64,000 bases of DNA from a virus. The stretch lies in the IMG/VR virus record IMGVR_UViG_3300029250_000344. One strand, given 5' to 3'. Below the pieces are notes generated by a model. It worked only from the letters and a program-made list of their open reading frames with translations, ran no database searches and was not told the origin of the DNA. The position numbers and the translations under genes were made by a program. This document shows positions 57,701 to 64,000 of this stretch, in pieces (within the stretch, counting starts at the first letter, position 1; each line of letters begins with the position of its first letter).

Positions 57701-58064
57701 TAAGGTTCGTATAAAGGATACGTGCCGGATTGACAGCTTGCGTGCCGGAGATATCGTTACAATAGATTGGGTCGGTGTTGATTTGAACAATATCGTACTA
57801 TATACCGTAAGGGAAGACCCAACAGGCAATCTGTTAGACGAGTACGACATTGAGCCGTATAATATCGGGTGGGTGTGTCCACGGTGCGGCGCGGTAAATG
57901 CTCCATGGGTGCGGATGTGCTATTGCCAGAGAGACGATGTCAACCTTAATTACGGCACTTCCTGTGACCATGATTGGGAGTACATTCGTGACACCGGCGG
58001 CGGCTTTCACTGGGTATGCCGGAAGTGTGGGGCGCAGTCATTTACGCCGTATGAGGTGCGATGA
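57681..58064 (+). CDS. hypothetical protein with zinc ribbon
   Basis: CPRCG...C..C; CRKCG. Confidence 0.45.
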   Translation: MQYHVGDKVRIKDTCRIDSLRAGDIVTIDWVGVDLNNIVLYTVREDPTGNLLDEYDIEPYNIGWVCPRCGAVNAPWVRMCYCQRDDVNLNYGTSCDHDWEYIRDTGGGFHWVCRKCGAQSFTPYEVR

Positions 58065-58242
58065 TGAAGCTATACACCATTCAACTTAAACTTCCCGACA
58101 AGGCACATACAATTCTTGAAAGCATTTTAGTAGCGGCTAATTTCCAACAGGCTATGCAGTTGGCGATAGGTATATACGGCAAACGAGTATCAATTCTGAG
58201 TATTACTGAAAAGGACTAATATGGAATCATATAACGATTATT

Positions 58243-58719
58243 ATGAATGGAGGTCTGATTTTTGGGGCTATCTTGAAAATGAATGGGACTTCTGGGATTA
58301 CACAGCGGCAGATGCGTTATTTGCAGCACGCGGCGAGAGCTGCGAATCTGAGTGACTTTAGGATAAAGGTGGGCGCAGTTGCCGTTTGCGGCAAACAAGT
58401 GTTGAGTGCGGGATGGAATTCTACCAAATCTCACCCGCTACAGGCCGCCTTTGACCGTTTCCGAGACTTTCGCGCTGGCAGTGAGCCGCCGCACAGTATC
58501 CATGCGGAAATCATGTGCCTTTCCCCTATCTTTGACAGCCCTGATGTTGATTGGAGCCGTGTGACGCTCTATGTGTGCCGGCTGCGTAACGACCGTCCGT
58601 ATGGCATGGCGCGTCCGTGTCCTGCTTGTATGGCGGCTATACAATCTCTGGGCATTAAACACATCATATACACCACAAATGACGGCTTTACTGTCGAGAA
58701 TTTAATGAAAGCGAGTTGA
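58243..58719 (+). CDS. dCMP/cytidine deaminase family zinc enzyme
   Basis: HAE ... PCPAC zinc-binding signature. Confidence 0.7.
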   Translation: MNGGLIFGAILKMNGTSGITQRQMRYLQHAARAANLSDFRIKVGAVAVCGKQVLSAGWNSTKSHPLQAAFDRFRDFRAGSEPPHSIHAEIMCLSPIFDSPDVDWSRVTLYVCRLRNDRPYGMARPCPACMAAIQSLGIKHIIYTTNDGFTVENLMKAS

Positions 58720-60311
58720 GAGATATATTTGCACCACCTCTTTATGTTGTGCGGTCGTATCCGTTACGGGAAATAATCGCAGCAGACTACTATTTGAGCC
58801 GCGAACAAGGCTCTGACAAACGTTTTTACATCAAACAGGCAGATAATCCACTGTTCAGGCAAACACGTCTTATAACAGGTTTTTCGGGCAAATTTAACCC
58901 ATATGTAGTCTTTATTGACAGCGCGGGCTCCCCAAAAACAGAAGAATACATTGGCCGTTTGGTACGTGATGGCATCTATATCGATGGGCACCACTTTGTG
59001 TTTGGCGAGCGTTCGGCCTCTATGACGCGCAATGGCATCTTTAGTGTCGTTGATGCGGATATCTTCCCCGAACTTAATAAGCGTATAACTATGGACATTC
59101 AGTTCGATAAGACTGTGCTGTCGAAGTATTATGCCTATCGCGGATTGTTCTTTAGTTCATGTCATTGCTTGGAGGGTTGGAAGCCCAAGGTGATTATTGT
59201 GCCGGATTTGATGCTGCCTGTGCCGCAACAGCGTATCAAGTATGTATATGACAATACTGTTGAATACGAGAAGGATGGCGAGGTTAGGCAGTGGACGCAG
59301 AAGGATATCGCCGAGGATGTGCGCGATATGGAGATTAACGCCTTTGACGGGTGCGGTATCCACCACCCTGACATCACGCGCCAAGTAACGGAATTGTTAC
59401 ACGCCAAAGCACCGGTTACGACAGTTCTCTGGCGTTTACCATGGACGAAGGGTTTATCGCATTCGGTTGATTATGAGTCCTTCCTGTTGGAGCGCGGCGT
59501 TGAATATATACAGGATATATGGGGACGCTGGCATAGCGTGCATGATAAGATGCTCATCTTCACCGAGAGTATGTTTAAGGGCATGAAATACTTCAAGGTA
59601 TACGGCGATGGGCGCGATTGGGATAGATACTGGGATTTATTCGACAAGTATCAGCATTGTTTCGGTGTTGCTAAGTGGAATTTCTCCTTTGACGAGGAAC
59701 CTGTGTTCACTCGTGCTAATTACCAGATACTGCAAGACCTTGACTTACCGTATAACAAGTTCCGGATGTTAGCTGAGGATAGCGCTGAATGGGCACAGCG
59801 CATTGTGTCAGGCGACAACTTGTATACCTACAACTTTCTCGGCCTAACGGCTGATAGGTGTACGCCGGTTAATGCCTATGCCAAAGCCATACTAAAGAAT
59901 CCTGAGATGATGTACGAGCGGAATGTGCGCAAATACCTGCGCGAATCGGTCAAGAAGTACATTGACGGCATGAAGTGCGGGAAGCTATGGATGCAGGCAT
60001 GTTTCAAGTTCCTTGTGCCAGACCTGATACTGTTTATGGAGCATATCGGCGGGTTGCCCCTGCACGGGTCGCTTGAGGCAGACGAGTTTTATTCGCGTGA
60101 TATAGATGGCGCATTTAGCGGCGAGTATCTTATAGAACGTAACCCGCATATATGCAAGTCAGAGCACGCGCTGTTGCGAGCTGTGACAACGCCCGACATC
60201 ATCAAGTATGTTGGTGACTTGGCCAATATATGCATGGTCAACTGCAAAAGTCTTATTGCACCGCGTTTGAATGGGGCTGATTCCCCCTTAAGAAGTCCAG
60301 TACGGCAGTAA
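58716..60311 (+). CDS. large hypothetical protein
   Basis: 531 aa, no motif recognised. Confidence 0.45.
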   Translation: MRDIFAPPLYVVRSYPLREIIAADYYLSREQGSDKRFYIKQADNPLFRQTRLITGFSGKFNPYVVFIDSAGSPKTEEYIGRLVRDGIYIDGHHFVFGERSASMTRNGIFSVVDADIFPELNKRITMDIQFDKTVLSKYYAYRGLFFSSCHCLEGWKPKVIIVPDLMLPVPQQRIKYVYDNTVEYEKDGEVRQWTQKDIAEDVRDMEINAFDGCGIHHPDITRQVTELLHAKAPVTTVLWRLPWTKGLSHSVDYESFLLERGVEYIQDIWGRWHSVHDKMLIFTESMFKGMKYFKVYGDGRDWDRYWDLFDKYQHCFGVAKWNFSFDEEPVFTRANYQILQDLDLPYNKFRMLAEDSAEWAQRIVSGDNLYTYNFLGLTADRCTPVNAYAKAILKNPEMMYERNVRKYLRESVKKYIDGMKCGKLWMQACFKFLVPDLILFMEHIGGLPLHGSLEADEFYSRDIDGAFSGEYLIERNPHICKSEHALLRAVTTPDIIKYVGDLANICMVNCKSLIAPRLNGADSPLRSPVRQ

Positions 60312-60464
60312 TGTCGATACTGCACGGCGTGAACCCTTATCAGGGGTGTAGGCTTACAGCCTGCTAACGGTGGAGGTTGCGAGAGCAAATAATACCGTGC
60401 CAAGCCTATTATGTAGGAAGGTGTAACGACTATCGGTGATGAGTGTAACTGAGTACACTGGCTA

Positions 60465-60845
60465 TTGATACGTCAGTGGGAGTGCGCCGCCGCCATATTA
60501 GATGGTGGAAGATATAGTCTACGCGAAAGCGTGTTTGATGGCGACCTTGTTCTGGTGTTGCAGAACGAGATTATGCAAGAAGGTGTACATAGAGACATCC
60601 CTATAGTGATAGATGTAGAAGACAAAGCTACGGCAATGGTTGAGCCAGATACCGTAGAGGGGCGCGTGGCATTGACTATGCGTACCATGAAGTCACTTAT
60701 CGGGGAGTACAGCAACTATAGCAGCGCGTATCACAACAAATGCCCGCGCACAGATGAACAAAAACGGCTTTATGAGAAGTACGTTGACCAGATAAGCGTT
60801 TTGACCGGTAAGGCGATTGATCGAATTGGTCACTATAGCTGGTGA
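60465..60845 (+). CDS. hypothetical protein
   Basis: ORF. Confidence 0.4.
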   Translation: MIRQWECAAAILDGGRYSLRESVFDGDLVLVLQNEIMQEGVHRDIPIVIDVEDKATAMVEPDTVEGRVALTMRTMKSLIGEYSNYSSAYHNKCPRTDEQKRLYEKYVDQISVLTGKAIDRIGHYSW

Positions 60846-61194
60846 CAGCTATTAGCAAAGTTTGTGAACCCATAATTGTGGGGTGTCAGCTCAACGACAA
60901 GTAGCAACAGGAAATGGTTGTTAATGAGCTGGCTAACAGGGAACACCTAAGTAATATGGCAATCCTGTGCCAAGCTCCATATGGAGAAGGTGCAACGACC
61001 ATCCCCTCGGACGTGAAATTCGTCAATAGGAGTAGGGCTTGCATGAAATGGCAAGTGGGTGAGAATCCCTTAAATCGAAGTGCAAACTATCTGATAACAG
61101 ATAAAGATATGGTCTACTCCGACCGCGAAGGCGGTGTTAAAGTTCTGCGAAAGCAGCGGTACAAAGGCAAGCGAAGACGGGAATATTCTATAAA

Positions 61195-61857
61195 ATGCCC
61201 CCACATATTGCTAAAATGGGGCGTCCTCTCCCCTATTTTATGAAATATCGCAAAGAATATTACGCTAATCAGAAGCTATCTATGGCCCCATCTAATATGA
61301 ACAGATTGTGTATCGAAATGGAGAAGTGGCATAAAGAGCTTCGCTGGGGGCGTGCGCCGCAATTTGATTATACGGTTATGCTTGGCGAGCAAGTAAGTGT
61401 GCAAGCAAATGTGTATGAGCGGCTTCGTGAAGTGTTCCTCGCATATAACAAGGAGATGTCAATCTTACAAGCCGAGCAACGGCGCGTGCGAGCATATCAG
61501 GATGAAGATATACGGGCGCAGGTCACTAAGTTTGACGCGCAATACTACACTGTTAATTGGGCTTATTACCATGAGCTGTATAGGCAGAAGTGCCATGAGA
61601 TTTGTCCAGATGAAAAGATGCTGGCGAATGCGGCTGTGTTGTTACAGTATCGTGATTACCCTAACGTTGACAGTAAGTTCATGTGGGTGGTAGCTGAGCA
61701 AGGGCTGTTGGATAATATTAAGCCGACTGAAAAACGATTGTTACCTAAACGCGACCCTGATGGCAGTGAGCTATATTTGGGGCGGCGCTATTCAATGGTT
61801 GAAGTGCCGTATAACGAAATAGAAATACAAGAGATTGGAGAGCAGATTATTGATTAA
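61195..61857 (+). CDS. hypothetical protein
   Basis: ORF. Confidence 0.45.
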   Translation: MPPHIAKMGRPLPYFMKYRKEYYANQKLSMAPSNMNRLCIEMEKWHKELRWGRAPQFDYTVMLGEQVSVQANVYERLREVFLAYNKEMSILQAEQRRVRAYQDEDIRAQVTKFDAQYYTVNWAYYHELYRQKCHEICPDEKMLANAAVLLQYRDYPNVDSKFMWVVAEQGLLDNIKPTEKRLLPKRDPDGSELYLGRRYSMVEVPYNEIEIQEIGEQIID

Positions 61858-62458
61858 CGAACTTATTGAAGTGCAGGAATACCTTGAAGGCAAGAATATA
61901 GACCAGCGTTTTAGCTATCGTATATGTTACATGCTGGCCTCCTACTACCGCGACCAAGGGCTTGACCATCAGGCCATACGCGAGCGGATATTTGATTGGG
62001 GTAGCAAATATAAGTGTTTCTTCGATTTTAGCGTCAATAGCGTGATATATCGGGTCATGGAAGATGGCACACCGCTAAGAGGCGAAAGCCCCTGCTACAT
62101 TAACCAGAACGATATTGAGGAAGTGCGTAGCAGATTCGATAGCAAGAATACTCGTATGGTGGCATTAGCGTTAATTGCTTATGGTAAGGTGTGTGCGAAT
62201 AAGAACGGCGAGTGTAATGTGTCTCTGTATGGTCTGTCGAGGTGGCTGAATATTGCGTACACCAACCTGTCTGGGCGTCACTTTAAGGAATTAGTTGACT
62301 TCGGCCTTATAACTCGTATTGAGCCTAAGAATAGTTGGAGTAAGAATACCCGACACAAAATGGTGCGCGTCAGGTTTAATGTACCTCTGGTTAATGAAGG
62401 CGAAGACGCTGTGGTGGGTAATAATATAGTCGCTATCTTTAATCGCCACTTTTTATAA
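61835..62458 (+). CDS. hypothetical protein
   Basis: ORF. Confidence 0.45.
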   Translation: MESRLLINELIEVQEYLEGKNIDQRFSYRICYMLASYYRDQGLDHQAIRERIFDWGSKYKCFFDFSVNSVIYRVMEDGTPLRGESPCYINQNDIEEVRSRFDSKNTRMVALALIAYGKVCANKNGECNVSLYGLSRWLNIAYTNLSGRHFKELVDFGLITRIEPKNSWSKNTRHKMVRVRFNVPLVNEGEDAVVGNNIVAIFNRHFL

Positions 62459-62499
62459 TGGGTGTATATGGATACTAAGATATTACTCGTGTTCAGTTA

Positions 62500-62552
62500 T
62501 CATTAATTCTTATCACGGATTCTTATCACGGATTTTTATCACGAGTTTTTGT
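62500..62552. repeat. four tandem 13-bp iterons TTATCACGGATT(C/T)-like
   Basis: TTATCACGGATTC, TTATCACGGATTT, TTATCACGAGTTT, TTGTCATGGTGTC in direct succession. Confidence 0.55.
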
Positions 62553-62583
62553 CATGGTGTCTAATATAGAGTAAAAGGAATGA

Positions 62584-62751
62584 TTGGACATTATTAACGT
62601 AAGTAAGGCGGAGGCTGCGTATCTCCGCGAACATGGTGCGCACATTACAGTGCTCAATAAGTACGCTAACGCCCGTAAGAAGAAGTGGCTGGCCGAGGAG
62701 TCCCGTGAAACGGCGAGGCTCCTCAGACGTTATAGTGGCAAGAGGGCGTAG
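62584..62751 (+). CDS. small basic ORF (55 aa, TTG start)
   Basis: AAGGA RBS. Coherent basic sequence ...NKYANARKKKWLAEESRETARLLRRYSGKRA. Stop is 2 nt before the next ATG. Confidence 0.25.
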   Translation: MDIINVSKAEAAYLREHGAHITVLNKYANARKKKWLAEESRETARLLRRYSGKRA

Positions 62752-62753
62752 CT

Positions 62754-63932
62754 ATGTTTGATGTACGGCGTCGCTCTGATGAACTACTGGACGAACAGTA
62801 TCTCTACCGTATTGGCAAAGCCAAGGATGATGGCCTGATAACATACACTTGGGACGAACTTGCGCCGGTGCTCAATGAAGAATGCGATGTTGAGCGGGTG
62901 GCCGGTTCGTGGCGGCAGATTTACGCATTGGGTAAGAAATGGCAGGCCGTGTTTCAAAAATGCGGCGTTGCACAAGACAACAAGCAAGAAGTAGTTATTG
63001 AGCGAATGAAGTTGCGTGACGAACGTACTGCGCTCAATAAAGAGCTGCGTAGTCAGGCGCGGTATGAAGCTAACAATGAGTTGTGGGAGCAACGTTTAGC
63101 TGAGATTGGTTCAGTTAAATACCCTGTTGCCACTGTGCCGCAAATTGACGGTAATTGCGATTTGCTTGTATGTTTGAGCGACTGGCACATCGGGATGAGG
63201 TTTGACAGCTATATAGGCAAATATGACAGTGATATCGCTCAGGCGCGGTTGTCTCAATTTCTTGGCTATATACAAGACATTCAAAAGCGACATAATGCCG
63301 CTAATGCTCATGTTGCCATTTTGGGAGACTTAATTAGTGGCAAGCCTCATTCAGTGGTTGCCATTGAGAACCGTGAGGATGTGGTTGACCAAGTTATACT
63401 GGCCGGTGAAATGTTGTCGTGTTTTTTGTATGAGCTTTCATTAATGTTCACATATGTAGATGTGGCTTCTGTGGCAGGCAATCACTCTCGTTTAACTCAA
63501 AACAAGAAAGAAGCTGTGCTTGGCGAGAGGCTGGACAAGCTGGTGGTATGGCACGCTAAATCCGAGTTGAAGCATTGTGCGAACATCAGGTTCCCTCCCC
63601 TATCCACCCCATTTCAGGGCACGATAGAACTGCTGGATGTGCGTGGCAAAAACTACGTGTTAAATCATGGCGATTTTGACACTTTTTCTGAAGCGGGTGC
63701 GGCAAAGTTGTTCTCGTTTTTGGGATTTGTGCCATCAGGGATAATAACAGCACATAAACATACGCCTGCCTATATGACAGTGAATAGTGTAACGTGCATA
63801 CAAAACGGATGCTTGTCTGGTGGCGGAGATCAGTTTACTTTGGAACACAGGTTGGGCGGTAAACCGTCTCAGACTGTATGTGTGTGTTCAGATAACGGCA
63901 TTGACGCAATGTATCCTGTGCGATTGACGTAG
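62754..63932 (+). CDS. SbcD/Mre11-like metallophosphoesterase nuclease
   Basis: LSDWHIG, GDLISG, GNHS, NHGDFD phosphoesterase motifs. Confidence 0.6.
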   Translation: MFDVRRRSDELLDEQYLYRIGKAKDDGLITYTWDELAPVLNEECDVERVAGSWRQIYALGKKWQAVFQKCGVAQDNKQEVVIERMKLRDERTALNKELRSQARYEANNELWEQRLAEIGSVKYPVATVPQIDGNCDLLVCLSDWHIGMRFDSYIGKYDSDIAQARLSQFLGYIQDIQKRHNAANAHVAILGDLISGKPHSVVAIENREDVVDQVILAGEMLSCFLYELSLMFTYVDVASVAGNHSRLTQNKKEAVLGERLDKLVVWHAKSELKHCANIRFPPLSTPFQGTIELLDVRGKNYVLNHGDFDTFSEAGAAKLFSFLGFVPSGIITAHKHTPAYMTVNSVTCIQNGCLSGGGDQFTLEHRLGGKPSQTVCVCSDNGIDAMYPVRLT

Positions 63933-64000
63933 AACCGACCACGCAGACTTGTGACTTTAGTCATGAGTTAGTGGTCGGATATATTCAAAATCAAAAAGTC

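Noticed and set aside
60914-61243. 109-aa ORF.
   Set aside because: Weak start context, and it overlaps the next ORF by 49 nt. It is left unannotated as uncertain.
62500-62552. Possible CRISPR array (four 13-bp direct repeats).
   Set aside because: The units are too short and adjacent with no spacers. The pattern is iteron-like.

Overview
This window reads as the early, replication and nucleotide-metabolism region of a large tailed phage or prophage, probably from a Firmicutes-like host (about 45-48% GC, strong AGGAGG ribosome-binding sites). It opens with a large serine recombinase gene cut off by the window edge. No capsid or tail genes are present.

From 1 to 49.9 kb, genes lie on the minus strand:
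- Nucleotide metabolism: dUTPase, metallophosphoesterase, class-II-like ribonucleotide reductase, a guanylate-kinase-like kinase, ThyX and GlyA.
- DNA methylation: a C5-cytosine methyltransferase and a DPPW-family amino-methyltransferase, side by side.
- Replication and recombination: DnaE-type polymerase, primase-helicase, Cas4-like exonuclease, SSB and a Sak4-like ATPase.
- A three-tRNA cluster followed by an ATP-dependent RNA ligase.
- A long run of small early genes: three DUF551-like paralogs, a pentapeptide-repeat protein, a nonapeptide-repeat protein, an amidoligase paired with a GATase-II-like gene, two ParB-like genes, an XRE regulator, a Zn-ribbon tyrosine recombinase, many small acidic proteins and a sigma-like regulator.

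From 50.6 kb, genes switch to the plus strand, starting at a strong sigma70 promoter. They include a P-loop NTPase, a wHTH Rep-like protein, three Bro-N antirepressor paralogs, a dCMP deaminase and an SbcD/Mre11-like phosphoesterase.

The most notable content is three OMEGA-type (IS200/IS605-like) RNA-guided nuclease elements with no tnpA in the window:
- an intact IscB (8714-10009) with a candidate omegaRNA;
- a second IscB copy (29638-30805) pseudogenised by a small deletion in the HNH region, yet keeping its omegaRNA-like leader and end hairpins;
- a TnpB (53070-54182) inserted into a Bro-N antirepressor paralog.

All three share two kinds of TTTA-loop end hairpin, with the CCGGCTTTAGCCGTGGG type always on the omegaRNA/guide side.

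Other sequence-level observations:
- A 25-aa hydrophobic peptide gene is present in two synonymously diverged copies.
- The C5-methyltransferase motif I lies upstream of its only ATG.
- Operator-like palindromes and iteron-like repeats sit at the strand switch and at 62.5 kb.
- There is a tRNA-like minihelix in the tRNA spacer.
- GlyA terminates inside IS-derived sequence.
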